Assembly: GCA_965645245.1 (NCBI GenBank)
Contig: OZ287075.1
Location: forward strand, 1,612,001-1,676,000
Reading direction: 5' to 3'
Length of the DNA: 64,000 nt
Source of the DNA: Massalongia carnosa
Lineage: Eukaryota
Made by a program: the position numbers and the translations under genes. How positions within the stretch are numbered: the first letter of the stretch is position 1; the number at the start of each line of letters is the position of its first letter. A model generated the notes under the pieces. The model was given only the letters and a program-made list of their open reading frames with translations, was not told the origin of the DNA and searched no databases. Positions 1 through 13,301 of the stretch are shown one piece after another.

Positions 1-398
1 TAGATGTGAAGCATACCCTACCTTCATGGTCAGTGTCCAGAACATCCTGGTAAGTATAGCCCAGAGCAAACTCATTCGCTACAGGCGGCTTTCTCCTGTG
101 CCTTTCTTGCAGTCGTTTAGGTAGTTCCGGTCCAAGTGTCTCAAGAAACTCCTTCTGGCTTTCAGGATCTCCCCCTACAAGATTCTCAGTCCAGCTCATT
201 CCATCCAAGAAACGATGCCGACCAACCTAGCACAAGAAGGTTTTTCTCAGGTAGTTTCTTCCCAGTGGCAACATCGTCTAGCATAGATGACCACATGTTT
301 TTCTCCGCTTCTCCATAACATCGTTGCCTATCATTATTACTAACATTCGAGGTACTTGCAAGTCCATTAGTATTTTGTTCGGGATTAGTAACAATCAT
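1..398 (-). CDS. Dynein light intermediate chain, 5' part (continues beyond window start)
   Basis: ATG at 398; exon 1 (398-227) ends NMWSSMLDDVATGKKLPEKNLLVLG; intron 226-175; exon 2 GDPESQKEFLETL...PPVANEFALGYTYQDVLDTDHE matches the fungal DLIC N-terminus. Confidence 0.85.
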
Positions 399-879
399 CT
401 CTGAGACACGGTAGATTCGAGAGAAGGTTGGCTTTCTCTAAGGGATTCCATCACACGTGCTATGTACGGAGTAGGAAGTCTTATAACTCGGACAGGGATT
501 TCCAGCTGTCAAATACGCTAGTTAACCTCGATAGCTCATGGGTAGATCCGCACCTTCCATGTTAGCTCCTGGCACACGTATTGCTACAGAGTATGCAGTA
601 ATCTTGCTGCAAATTTTGCTGCAAATTTTGCTCTCTAGACCTGCGTCGCCCGGCTTCTCAAACAATCAAACCGATGGTGATGGTTTACAACGACTATTCG
701 CACCTCTTTAAAGCCAAATCTTCCTTAATGTACGGAGTAAAGGGGCAGCACTTGACTTCTACTTCGAGGGACACGTTTTCCGACCTGCCTTTGGAATCCA
801 CCTTGCCACAGGGCCGCACACAGATTGTTGAGTTTATCAATACTAGCTCTTTTGGCGTAGTTGTATATTGGATATCGAC

Positions 880-1700
880 ATGAATACAATTCGAGAAATC
901 CAATCTCTAAACAAACGTGAACTAGAGAATGGAGTGTAAGGATTTTGATCCCCAAAACCGTTTCGCTATGGAACACTTACGCGCCTGGCAGATCTACAGA
1001 AGCCTCTTGGCATGCAGACTATCGAGATACAGCCTACATATATATAGGCGGGCTCCCCTTCGATCTCTCCGAGGGAGATGTAATGGCCATCTTCTCTCAA
1101 TTCGGCGAGCCAGTTTACGTCAATATAATACGAGATAAGGAATCTGGAAAATCTAAGGGTTTTGCTTTCTTGAAGTATGAGGACCAGCGTAGCACAGATC
1201 TTGCAGTGGATAATTTAGGAGGTGTAATAGTACTGGGACGTGTGCTGAAGGTGGATCATACCCGTTACAAGCGCAGGGATGATGAAGAAGAGATGGAAAG
1301 GGAGCAGGCTCTCAGCGGTCAGAAAAATATCAAGCCTGGTGGTCTGAATGGAAGGCAATCTAGTGAGGATGAGGCCGAGGAGCAGAAGCGGCCACTGCTC
1401 AGAGAAGAGATCGAGCTGGCTGCGTTGATTCGGGAGCACGATGAGGATGACCCAATGAAGGAATATCTAGTGCAGGAAAAGAAAGAGGAGGTTGCTAAGG
1501 CTCTGGCCGTTATGAATCAGAAGGACCACAAAGGGGGTGGTGAAAAGAAACACAATAACCAAAAAAGCCACCGCCGCGATCGTCATAATCACAAACGTCA
1601 GCCAAGGAGGCATAACGACGGTTCTGATTCAGGGGCTAAGCCAAAAAGCAATCATCGAACTCATAGAAGTCGCAGAAGCAGCTCATGCAGCCCTCGATGA
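880..1700 (+). CDS. IST3: U2 snRNP/RES complex RRM protein Ist3/Snu17 (RBMX2 ortholog)
   Basis: ATG at 880 (MNTIREIQSLNKRELENGV), intron 936-991, then SWHADYRDTAYIYIGGLP...KGFAFLKYEDQRSTDLAVDNL, the RRM signature of Ist3/RBMX2; basic C-terminal tail. Confidence 0.93.
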
Positions 1701-2289
1701 GAGGATCAGCGCTTAACTCAAGGTCAGAGATATAAAATCCCGGCCGCGTCAAACTTGAAGATTTACGTATATTACAAAAATACAGCTGAACTATATCCAG
1801 TTCCCACCTCTCTATGTCGAGACTGATCACTAAGCCTTGGGAGTATTGTCTACCAAGCTTTCAAGCAGCATTCAAAAAAACTTATTCTCCCCAGATGACT
1901 TTTGAATTATCTACGGAGCCTGAAGGGTTTCTAGCTGCTGGCAAAGAATACCCTCCGAACTAGCTATGTATCTAAACACAAGAGCGGATTTCCCCAGTGC
2001 TTGCTGGTCGTAGGACAGATCACCGTGGTCTAGCTGCAGGAAGGTGTTCTAGAGGGGGTTAAAGCTAGTGGGAGAGGACGAACATTTTAGGAAATTTATA
2101 TTAGGGTTTCTCTCCAAAAATATAATGGTATTGAAGCGCGAGATTGATGCGAATAGCAGTGAACCAAACTCTGCAAGCGGAAACAGACTTTATAAAATGT
2201 TTCTACATCAGAAGTCCACCAGAGCAAGCCGTACATAAATTTGCTCCTTTATGCCTTGCTTGCATCAACATGGGACAGATATTTCCATA

Positions 2290-3722
2290 TTAGCTACCCA
2301 AATATCTCTTCCATCCATTCCTCACGCAATGCCTCTTCCCATCCTCGCCTTCTCCCAGTATGAATCTCTCCCATCTTCCATCCCTCCCCGCACCAATCAC
2401 TAGGATCGTCCAGTCATTGGTCCATCCAATAATGCCTTTCCGGGCCTTCCCGCCCGGAATTCCCGGGATCGGAATCGCGCCGCCTGTTCCTAGCGCCGTC
2501 TGCGGATCATCGTCGATCTCAAAATGTGCCGAGGTGAAGGAATAGACGTCGGAAAACACGCGGGGGAGCAAAGGTATTCGACCCAAGATGCCCCATTTCT
2601 GATTATTGCCGTCGTCGCTACTGCCTCCCGTGGAGAAATTGTTTGAGTGCCGGTGGGATCTGCTGCTAGCGACAATGGATTCGATGCGAGAGGTTTGTAG
2701 AGAGTGGGGCAAGTCGAATATGTGAAGCGTGGCTTTATCGGAGGAGACAGCTAACAGGGTGCTATTGGGGGATATGGCGATTGAGAAGATGACGGCATGA
2801 TCGACACCGCGGCGAAGCTCGCCAAGGCGAGCACAGTTACTCGTTGAGAATATCCTTACCAGGGTTCCCTAAAGAAAGAAATGTTAGCTCCCAACGCACC
2901 GCATGAACATAAACCTTTTATTTACCGTTTCGCTTGCAGTCGCCAGAATTTCTCCGTTGGGACTCAGCTCCATCGCTCTCAGTGGTGAGCTGTGTGCTGG
3001 GATAATGCTAACGTTCCCCGTCCCAATCTCTACCATCTGAACCTGCCCCGGCGTGCGCCCCGGAAAAGCTACAACCTTAGAACCTAAACAGCACAATCCT
3101 AAAGGATTGTCCGCAGTCTCAAAAACCGAGACTTTCTCGGGTGGAGAGGAGAAGGTGTACATATGCATGCTGTTGTGAAGCGCGACAACGATCCGTGACC
3201 GGGAAAGGCTGACCCGATTGACTTGTGAACGGAATTCTAGGGTAATAACCGCCTTTTGCTTTGCATCATCCCAGATAATCACCTGGTAAAACGAGTATGA
3301 GTAGTGATGCGTTACTCATGCGAACTTCGAAGGATGGCTGCGCTTACCGACCTTGTTCTGCGGGAATTTAGGTTGCTTCCCTCCTCCGACTAGCGCTATA
3401 TAGTTGGCTCGACCGAGCATTTCAGCGCCGAATATCCCAGCATTAAATTCTTATTCGGTGTGGATTAGCTTTGGGTTATAAAGGCTGGCATCTAGGGGGT
3501 TCAGTGCATACCCCGTGAAACTTTCAATTCGCAAGGCTCAGAGTTGAAAACTGTCAATATAACTTATGAGCAGCAGTCTTTCTAATGACCGTTGGTGAGA
3601 GTTTTGAGCCTACCACAAAAGCCGCTATCAAGTCCTACTGAGAAGCAACTGCTGTCTTGGTTGAAGGCGACAGAAAGAGAAACAGGACCTGCAGACTCAT
3701 CGATGGCAGGTCGGGTATTCAT
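2290..3722 (-). CDS. HSV2: PROPPIN WD40 autophagy protein Hsv2 (Atg18/WIPI family)
   Basis: ATG at 3722 ([30 protein letters not shown]); spliced exons include [45 protein letters not shown] and the lipid-binding ELRRGVD motif; stop at 2290. Confidence 0.88.
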
Positions 3723-4091
3723 AGTAGCTGAAATTAGGAGGCTATGGTGGTAAGTATCTGCAGCGACTAAAAACAGTCGGGGGATAGAATGAATGGTAAA
3801 CCATGAAGAAAAGTAAGGGAGTAGTCATATCCTCATGATATGCGACTCTACGAATTCTTGAAACCAAATAAAAAATAAAGTATGAAGCTTGGTTTCAGCG
3901 CTATCTACTTAAGGATTAGTTCATCAAATCTAACGCTCGTCCCCAGCTTCACGCCAAGAGAAACCCCTTTAGAGCACTCTCCCTCCACCGCGACAGACCT
4001 TACTCCTGCATTACTTCACCAAACAGAGATTTTGACATTCCAGAGTTCTGCCACAGTACATTCCTCGTCTTAACTTACCAATTCAATCAAA

Positions 4092-5588
4092 ATGTCGTCT
4101 CCTCTCAATGCTGTCAGTGGCCCATGTTTAGCAAAGCTCTTACATTCTTTTTCTTTTGCTCTTATCAAGCTTTCGGATGCTGACCCAATGCTTATTTGCA
4201 GATCAAGATGCGGCGAAAGAAGAACGTGAAGAAGGGCATACAGTTCTGTTTGATGGTTTGCGGTGCTTCAGGAACAGGTTAACCCCATCATTAACTTCTT
4301 TCTTCAACAATTAACCCAAGTTACAGGTCGTACTACATTCGTCAACACCTTGTGCGGTAAACGGGTTCTTCACAGTAAGGATGCAGATGATGCAGTAAAT
4401 GCACATCTAGAAGAGGGTGTTAGAATCAAGCCGATCACAGTCGGTAGGCGGACTTTGTCCAGTTCATGAAGCTTAGATCCAAGCTGATGCTATGGAAGAG
4501 CTAGAGCTCGATGAAGAAGGAACACGCATATCTTTGACAATAGTCGATACTCCTGGATTTGGGGATCAAATTGACAACGAAGCGAGGTAGGGCAGCTCAG
4601 ATATTATAGTCCCTTGTAACCCTGCTAACGAAACCACCTCGCCTAGCTTCTCCGAGATTGTGGGTCATCTAGAAAGGCAATACGATGATATTTTAGCCGA
4701 AGAATCGCGCATCAAACGTAACCCAAGATTTCGGGATAATAGAGTGCACGCCCTACTTTACTTCATCACCCCAACTGGGCATGGGTACGCCTACATTGTT
4801 CCATTTCTCGGGGACATACTATTAACTTCCGTTCAGCCTACGTGAGCTTGACATCGAACTGATGAAGCGTCTCTCACCTCGTGTAAATGTCATCCCGGTT
4901 ATCGGGAAAGCGGACTCCCTTACTCCTGCTGAGCTTGCGGAATCGAAAAAGCTTGTCATGGAAGATATCGAACATTACCGTATTCCAGTGTACAACTTCC
5001 CGTACGACGTCGAAGAGGATGACGAGGATACTGTTGAGGAAAACGCTGAACTTCGAGGTCTGATGCCTTTTGCTATCGTAGGGTCAGAAGAGACAGTCGA
5101 GATCGGAGGGCGTCGAGTCCGAGCACGTCAATATCCTTGGGGAGTAGTAGAGATTGAGAATCCCCGCCATTCAGACTTCCTTGCTATCAGAAGCGCCCTA
5201 TTGCACAGTCATCTTGCGGATCTAAAGGAAATAACTCACGACTTTCTATACGAGAACTACAGAACGGAGAAGCTGAGCAAGAGTGTAGAGGGTGGTGCAG
5301 CTGCGTGAGTCAATTATCTTTTGCCGTCCAACGGTAGCTTACGCTTACACTCCTAGTGACTCCTCCATGAACCCCGAAGATTTGGCCTCCCAATCGGTCC
5401 GTCTCAAGGAGGAACAGCTTCGCCGGGAAGAGGAGAAACTTCGAGAGATTGAGGTCAAGGTCCAGCGGGAGATCAACGAGAAACGACAGGAGCTGTTGGC
5501 TCGTGAAAGCCAGCTGAAGGACTATGAAGCACGGATGAATAGGGAGCAGAGCACTCCCAGAGACGATACTAATGGCGAAATGGCCTGA
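4092..5588 (+). CDS. CDC11: Septin Cdc11/AspA
   Basis: Multi-exon gene: MRRKKNVKKGIQFCLMVCGASGTGRTTFVNTL P-loop, DTPGFGD, VIGKADSLT, RQYPWG, C-terminal coiled coil. The N-terminus is typical of Pezizomycotina AspA/Cdc11. Confidence 0.9.
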
Positions 5589-6265
5589 AGAGGCTTTGCT
5601 TTGTTGGAGAGTTTGTTTGTGGCTTGGTGGTGCAGGTGCCCCGGGACTAGCTTGCTCGGATTATCTCAAAGCGTTCCTGTTCAAAGTGCCAAGTCGAAAC
5701 TCTTTTTCCAAACCCCCACCACTAGGAAGATCCCTAATTCGTTTTGAGTCTGATCGGGACGCTAGATAATGTTGATTTCTTCAAGAGAGCTTGAGATTCA
5801 GGAGAAAATCGAATAACAAAAACTCGTGTAGTGATCGCAGAATACTTAGATTGTGATATCAAATGATAATAGATATATGTACCCCTTATATATGTCGTAG
5901 ACCTTCAGCTACTCGTCTAGTTATCTACCTCCCATCTAGTTGGTCATTTGACAACATTTGTAGCACATCTATAGCGATCTACTAAGCTATGCATTGGATC
6001 AGGGGAGAAGATTCAGTGATACGGATGATGAAGGACTAATAGCGGATTAATCATGGTGAAAGAATACTCTTCAATTATTTAATAGTGGTTATCATTTGGT
6101 CCTGTCAAAAATAATGAGGCATGTGATCTGTACTCCTTCCTAAATAGTCTAGCCTATTGTTCGCCACTTGAAACAGAATCCCACTTCCGCCTCTTACTAC
6201 CTCACTCACTTCAGCTTCACCTTCTTCTACCTGTCTTCAACAATATTTTCCAACCTTCTTATGAT

Positions 6266-7199
6266 ATGTCGGCCAACACCAAATACCAGCCAGCGGCCCA
6301 GCGCGACTCCTTTGAGGAGTCGAATTACACCCAAGCCCCTCCTTCATACCAGGCTGAACCAAGTAGCCACAGCAATCTTCTTGGAGGACCGAGGAGTGAG
6401 GATGACAACGTGCCGGACGATTTTAAGGTATTTATGTGCTTAGCTTTTCATGATACGGTTGCTGATTTGGTTTTAGTTCGGTGGATCCGTCGCTGAGGCT
6501 ACGTTGCCTATCCGAATGCAGTTTGTCCGCAAGGTCTATTCGATCTTGTAAGCCTTCTTTACTAATAATTTGCTATACCCAAGCGGGCTGTCTGACTTCT
6601 GTAGAACTCTTCAGATCCTTGCCACGATCGCAGTCAGCTCCGTCTCCTACTTCAGCTCAGGCTACAAGCACTGGATCCAGTCAAATCCATGGATGATGTG
6701 GGTCTCTCTCCTCGGAGCCATCGGATTCATGCTCTTGACATTTTGGAAGCGCAAGTCTTACCCAACAAATTTGCTTTTTCTCAGCGGATTCACAGCTTTA
6801 GAGGCATACTCCATCTCTGTAATAGTCTCGTTTTATGAAACGAAAGTGGTGCTCGAGGCTCTCATTCTCACAGCAGGTATCTTTGTTGCGCTAACTCTAT
6901 TCGCTTGTCAAACGAAGTATGACTTTACATCTTGGATGCCATATCTCTTTGGAGGGCTTTGGATGCTAATTCTATTCGGATTCATGGCGGCCTTCTTCCC
7001 TTACAATAGCACGGCCGAACTAGTATATGGGGGAATCGCTGCTCTTATTTTCAGCGGATACATCCTAGTGGATACTCAACTGGTCATGCGACATTACCAT
7101 GTTGAGGAGGAGATTGCTGCAGCTATTTCGCTGTACCTTGATATCATCAACCTCTTCCTCGCGATTCTGAGAATCCTCAATAGCCAATCAAACAACTAA
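6266..7199 (+). CDS. BXI1: Bax inhibitor-1/TMBIM family protein Bxi1
   Basis: MSANTKYQPA...DDNVPDDFK, two short introns, IRMQFVRKVYSIL, multiple TM helices, C-terminal AAISLYLDIINLFLAILRIL motif. Confidence 0.9.
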
Positions 7200-7979
7200 A
7201 CGATCCACTACTTTGGCGAGGGATACAATCATCAGAACTCGAGTATAGCAATATTGGGAAAACTTCAGCACGACGAATGGATCATTTGGGAACAAAGGGA
7301 CTGTGAAATGGATTGGAACTCGGATGGTGGGTGTATTGGGTGTCTGGCGTTTTATATATATTGGATGCTTGCTTCTCCGCAGTTATGTACAACTCCCTGT
7401 GTAGCCTTGAGTTTTCGATACGATTAATCAAACTAATCAGAAAATACCACTTAACTTATTTGCCCTAGTTTATCAATGAACAATGTTCTTGTGAACAATT
7501 GTCTCATTTTTTCATGAAGTAAAATCTGCCCCTGCATCAAGCCGATCTCTGTCTCTAATTGGCTTCAAATAATTTTTAGATCTCTCGGGTTCCGGCCCGA
7601 TGCCCGTGCTCAATTGGCGAGTTCATATTAGTCGGACCTAAACTGCGCACCTTGATTCACCCCATTCAGCTGGAGGAGAGTTATAAGTTCTACTTCTCTC
7701 ATTCATTGATTCATCTCACAGTCGTTACAAGCATTGCCCGCCAGTTGTTAAGTTAAATTTTCAAACCAACAGGCCCCAACCCTTCATGCATCACGCTCCA
7801 ATCATCAAAAACCCCCCTTTTCAACCTTTAGGTATTGCCTAGGATTTAGTACCTCCTTTAAGCCTCATCTCTTCATGCTTATATCGAAACTCATCCAGGA
7901 ACTGATCTTCGATGTTTGTGTAAAACTCATTCTCTGCGTCGAAACTCCAGCTCGCAAAAATTTCTAACCCCTAAGCATT

Positions 7980-9670
7980 ATGGAAGGGATGGAGCACTCC
8001 GTCTCTCCCACAGACAGTAATTCCTATTCTTTAGCTCGGCTAGATGAAGCTGGCAACCGGGAGCCCAGAATTAGTCGAGTCATAGCCAATAACTCCAACT
8101 TTAAGGAGGAAGATAGGCAAGATGAGGATGGAACAACCGAGTGGAAGGACCATGCACCAAAAAGACGAGTCCCGAAGCGCAGGACCAGGCGAAAGAATGA
8201 TGGTATCTTAGCTGCCATAAGTCAATGGATTGTCGAGCACCAGGTTGGTAAGTAGTGGTTATCCTATTATTCTTGCTTCTAGAATTTACTAACTAGCTTA
8301 GGCCTTGCTGTTAACCTGCTGCTACTTCTTGCTATGACACACATATGTTTCCCACGAGCCCGCAGACATACAAGAAAATTCTTTCAACTCTCGTGTTACA
8401 ACCGCACCTCGGGTAATTACACATTGGGTCAAGACGATATTTTCATGGTCGCGTACTGGATTGTTGTGCTTACAGGCCTACGAGCGGCTGTTATGGATTA
8501 TGTGTTAGTCCCGGCGGCCCAGGCTGCAGGAGTAGCAAAGAAAAAGGACATTATTAGGTTTGCAGAACAAGCTTGGGTTTTTATTTACTCCACTGTCTTT
8601 TTTTCTCTTGGAATGGTAAGATTCATTGGCTCAAACAGAAGAACTCGGGACAATATATGAAGGCTGACTAGTAAAAATAGTTTCTGATGTACCATTCTAA
8701 TTACTGGCTGAACATGCGACAACTCTGGGCTGGATGGCCAAACAGAGAGCTGACCGGGCTGTTCAAATGGTATTATCTTGTACAATTCGCATTCTGGGTG
8801 CAGCAAATACTGGTTGTCAACATTGAGCAGCGGAGAAAGGACTATGCACAGATGTTCACCCATCATATTATTACCTGCGCCTTGATGTTTGCAAGTTATG
8901 GTTATCATCAAACTAAAGTCGGTAACTTAATATTGTGCCTCATGGACGTGGTAGACCTGTTCCTTGCAGTAAGCCAAACCTATTCTCATGAGTCAGATTT
9001 TGGGTATGAGTTGACTGATGACTAAAAGTTTGCAAAAATGTTGAAATACCTACGATTCCAGTTAGCTTGTGATGTCGCCTTTGGTGTTTTCTTAGTCGTC
9101 TGGTTTGTGGCAAGACAGGTTCTTTACCTGCTAGTTTGTTACTCAGTCTACGCCCACATTCCTGAGGAAATCACATATGGCTGCTATTGGGGTTCTACGT
9201 CTAACCTGAAAGGGCCAATTGACCCTCCAGATGTATTCAACCATCTGACTCAACCCTTTCGAGATCCACAAGGTCTAGTTTGCTGGGACAATAAAATCAA
9301 ATGGACGTTTCTGTGCATACTACTAGCCCTACAAGTGCTACTACTAATATGGTTTGGAATGATTATCAGAGTTGCATGTAAAGTTATCCGGGGAGGGGAG
9401 GCTGTGGATTCAAGAAGCGATGATGAGGAAGAGACAGAGATGGATGAGAATGACGCAGATCCCTACAAGGAAAAGGTGTATGAACATGAAAACTCTATCG
9501 AAGTACTGCCACTAGAAGAGGAGGTAGGCGTTGAGGCCCTCAACTTAAGTACTCCAAGGAAGGGTCCGTCGAGGATTTTTCGAAAAGGAGGCGGTGCTGC
9601 TAGTGGAGTCACTATTCCTAGCGATCGAAAGGAGCTTCTGGGAAGGATAGGTTGCGACAAAGGGGCGTGA
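7980..9670 (+). CDS. Ceramide synthase (TLC/LAG1 domain), BarA-type
   Basis: Four exons; Lag1 motif RRKDYAQMFTHHIIT...KVGNLILCLMDVVDLFL and acidic DSRSDDEEE tail. The motif variant resembles the BarA/Bar1 (glucosylceramide-pathway) clade more than LagA. Confidence 0.88.
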
Positions 9671-9972
9671 TGATGAGCTCTGGTTGTAGTCTGGTATGGT
9701 TTGTCACAGGTGGTTGTTTTTGGCGCTATACCACCTATTAGGGTAGACAAAATGACATCAAGTTTAAGTATTCATAACTATACATAGTTAGATTATGAGT
9801 GCCCTTAGGGCCACCTTTCTTGAAGCCAAACGGGTATAGCGCAACGTTCGGGATTTAAAGAATCATAAACTGAGCACCTAACATCGCAACGAACCAACCT
9901 GCCCAAAATTCCATTATTTTCACTAAAGAGATGACGATGCAGTAATCATGTACATAGCAAATTCGCACAGAT

Positions 9973-11308
9973 ATGCCACTTCGATTACGAAAACCTCTGC
10001 AATCCGCTGTACAATCAATCCATAACACGCCCTTGTCACACCTCCAATACCTCTGCCAATCCAAAACGAGATCCTTCTCGATAATACCTCGCCATGCACA
10101 AACCAAGCAACGGGAAGCAATGTTTCGCTGGATCAATGGACCTGGGGCCGTCTTCAGAGACCCTTTACCAGGCTCCACGAATTATCTCAATGCATACGAC
10201 AAGTATGGACGCCTTCTTCGTAGTCTTGACGAAAAGACGCGTCAAGAGGACCCCACCAAAGATCTCACAGACTCGGCCGAAGATAATGATGGAGAGGTTG
10301 GAGATAAAAGGCTGAATGAAGAGAATATCGCGGGCGATCGACCTATACCCAAAGAGGATGCGCATGACCTAATGCCCTTTCCGATGAACATGCAGTTTAA
10401 GAGCCAAGCAGTGCTAAGTGAAGAGTTAAAGGACCATATTTATGATCAGGTTGTAAGACTTGGAAAAACTGTGAAAGTCGTAAGTGCAGAATTGAACGTG
10501 GAGATGCGAAGGGTCGGTGCCGTCGTACGACTGAAGACGATAGAAAAGCAATGGGTGGAGCAGGTATGTTGGTCTTTCCATTCTATGTACCTCCTATAGC
10601 CTATCATATGATGAGCAAACTCGATTAGTCTAAAAGACAACCCATTGGTTACCAAATATATTACAACTCTCTGATTCTGTGATCCACATCTGACTTTTAA
10701 TACTCCTTTCTGTCACTCTTCTTTGCTGACCAAAACGTCCTCTTCTTAACGGACAGGGTAAACGCCTAGCGATGCCTTATGCGAACGCCATCCATCACAT
10801 GCTCCCGAAAACTCCTTATATCGGTGGCGGCTACCAACCCATCCATGAATCAATTCACGACCTTCCAGTTCACCGGACCACCCTTAGGCAGATCTTCCAC
10901 CCAGTATCCGAATCCCGCCATTTTACACGCGCAGACGCAGGCAAAGTGTTTTCGCGGGACCTCCTCCCTCCCGAAAATCGGGTCCCGCACCCTGAACTTA
11001 TTGAGCTAGAGCGCTTGAAACTTTCAGGGGTGCATATAAAAGAAAGCAAGGATATCATAAGGAAACAGATGCTAGCGAAGGATGAGATGAGGGACACGCA
11101 AAGGAAGGAGGCAAAGGAGCGAGAGGAGAGGACGATGAAGAAGGTGGTTCCTTCTGGGAGAGGGAGATGGGAGTTTTGGTTTAGGGATATTAGTGTGGAG
11201 AGCGTAGGGAAGGGTGGGCGAGATTCGAAAGGGGTTGGGGCTAGATATGGACTCCCGGCTCAGGATCGGAAGAGGGGGCAGATCAAGATTCCAAAAAAGG
11301 TGGAGTAG
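9973..11308 (+). CDS. Mitochondrial small-subunit ribosomal protein mS45 (MRPS35/Bot1 family)
   Basis: Basic presequence, MFRWINGPGAVFRDPLPGSTNYL, PFPMNMQFKSQAVLSEEL, RVGAVVRLK; intron 10564-10756; exon 2 QIFHPVSESRHFTRADAG...GVGARYGLPAQDRKRGQIKIP. Confidence 0.85.
10603..10683 (+). ncRNA. Intronic box C/D snoRNA candidate
   Basis: Box C ATGATGA (10608-10614), box D CTGA (10671-10674), short terminal stem ATCAT/GTGAT. TCGATTAGTCT and ATTACAACTC are antisense to LSU rRNA segments AGACUAAUCGA and GAGUUGUAAU (rRNA sequences recalled, not aligned). Confidence 0.72.
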
Positions 11309-12381
11309 GTGGTTGGTGAATGAGGCGCTGGCTGTAGGATAGGAGGATATATCCCTGCATGTATGAAGTATACAACGGTGCGAGCTTAGAACTGCACCGG
11401 AAACTTTTTTTTTCATTTTCATTCTAGCATTGGTTTACTTCTCATGCTGTATCGATATTTATTTTATGATAGTTCGGGCTCATTGAAAATTTTCCTGAGC
11501 TAATCGTGCTACTCGCTTCCATTGCATAAGTGAGTAGCTACATCTGCGTAGTTGGCATCTGCTTTCTATTATTTGCTTTTTTCTCTTCTGTTTTGCTTAT
11601 CATTTTCATAGGATTTTTAATCAGATGCTCCTTTCACTCAAATTTTCCTTGGTTTCAACTTCTTTTATTTACTAGGAGATTGAGCAGGAGCAACAGGAAG
11701 CGATCTTTAAAACTCTATGGAAAAGGCCTAGAACTTAAGTGATAAGAGGGGAAATTTTACAGAGTAGGTAGGTTGATCTCTAAAACGATCGACTGTCGAT
11801 GAGGGATGGGTGTCGGGGTTTTTGAATGCATATACCATCCCAGAGGTAACCAAAATTAAGTATAGGAAACGCCTGGATAAACGACAGTATTGGTTGATTC
11901 GAACAGAATGACTACAAGATCTTATGTATAGATTCCTCGTTAATGATAATCATACCTATCAGTGAAACTAACCCCCATTCTTTTTCTTCCCGAAGTACAT
12001 TTTGAAGACGCGCGACGGGCCAGCTGCATCAAGAGATTGATAATGCATATAAAAAAAGGTTGGAACCGCTGCCGCCATTCTAACTCGAGCAGCTCGGTGT
12101 TAAGGTGAAGCGAAACACTTCACGCTTACCTTTTTGCTTCCACAGCGGCCGGAAGCACGTTGGGTCGATGGCATGAAAGCACAAATAAAAGGATAAGCGT
12201 GCAATAAATCTTATCCACCACGCACACACTTTGGGATTCACCTTTACCTGTCGTCCATGTTGTGTGTGGTCTTCATAAAAACTCACCACTATAGAAACAA
12301 GTACTTGTGATTCTAGCTATATTGCAACCCTTCATTTCTTCCATGCAGAATCATGTTCACTTCTTTTGTTCTTTCCTCAAT

Positions 12382-13301
12382 ATGCTATTTTATACTCATG
12401 TCTTCCTTCCCACCTTCTTAGCAGCAGCAACAACGCCCGCCAACCGCATTCGCGATGATTTCAGCCTTTCACATAAAGACACAGTCCTCATCACGGATAG
12501 GTCGAATCTCGACTCCTCCAAACCGGCCCTGAGTTTTGATTCCCTGGCTTCTGTTCCTGATTTATCTCCACAACCCGCCGACTTGTTTTCAAACACCCCG
12601 GTTCTCAACCCTTCAAGCCAACCCGCAGCTCAACCTTCCGACCTTGAATCCGCTATGTCGCCCACAGAAAACCCCGCCGACATCCCTTTGCCCTCCTCAC
12701 CATCCTCTCAACCAGCAAACTTCCCGCCTAACATCCGATCGCCAAGGAGCAACCTCCATTTTCACCAGATCATTCTGGCGTCAGCTTCCCGCCCAGGCCC
12801 CGGTCTAACGCTCCTGATTGTAAGGGGTTTAAGCTACTGTGCTGCTTCGGCGATATTTGGGAAGATGCTCGAGGGAATTTCGTGGATTCCTGCTATCCAT
12901 GTAAAACCCCTTCCATCAATCCCTCTCTTTATGCTTTGCTTCCTTTTTGTACTACTAGGGATCTCAAACTCTTCCGGGAAATGTATCATTTATTGGATTG
13001 AGTTTGGCTGACAAGCGCGCTTAATTCTGATAGATTTCAAGTGGTTCCTCTGCGAGCATATAGAAACTATGTTCTGTTGTCGGGTCTACGAGGTTGGTTT
13101 ATTTCCTCTCCCTTCCGTGAAAAAAACAGTCCCGTTTTACCGCATTCCTCATCTTTCTCTTGCTTTTCCATAATTCTTCAATATCATTGCCCCGCTGATC
13201 GCTCCATTGTAATCTAGTGGTGGGTGCTCGAAGGAGTGGACTGCTACACCCCATTTCCAGAGGATGAAATTCCTTCCGCTCCCGCGAAGCGCATGCTGTA
13301 G
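12382..13301 (+). CDS. Secreted Pro/Ser-rich protein with C-terminal 8-Cys hydrophobin-like domain (one frameshift near 12730-12740)
   Basis: Signal-like MLFYTHVFLPTFLAAA; introns 12901-13033 and 13093-13217 join CKGFKLLCC...SCYP / YFKWFLCEHIETMFCCRVYE / WWVLEGVDCYTP in phase, giving C-X6-CC-X15-C-X8-C-X7-CC-X12-C. Confidence 0.6.
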
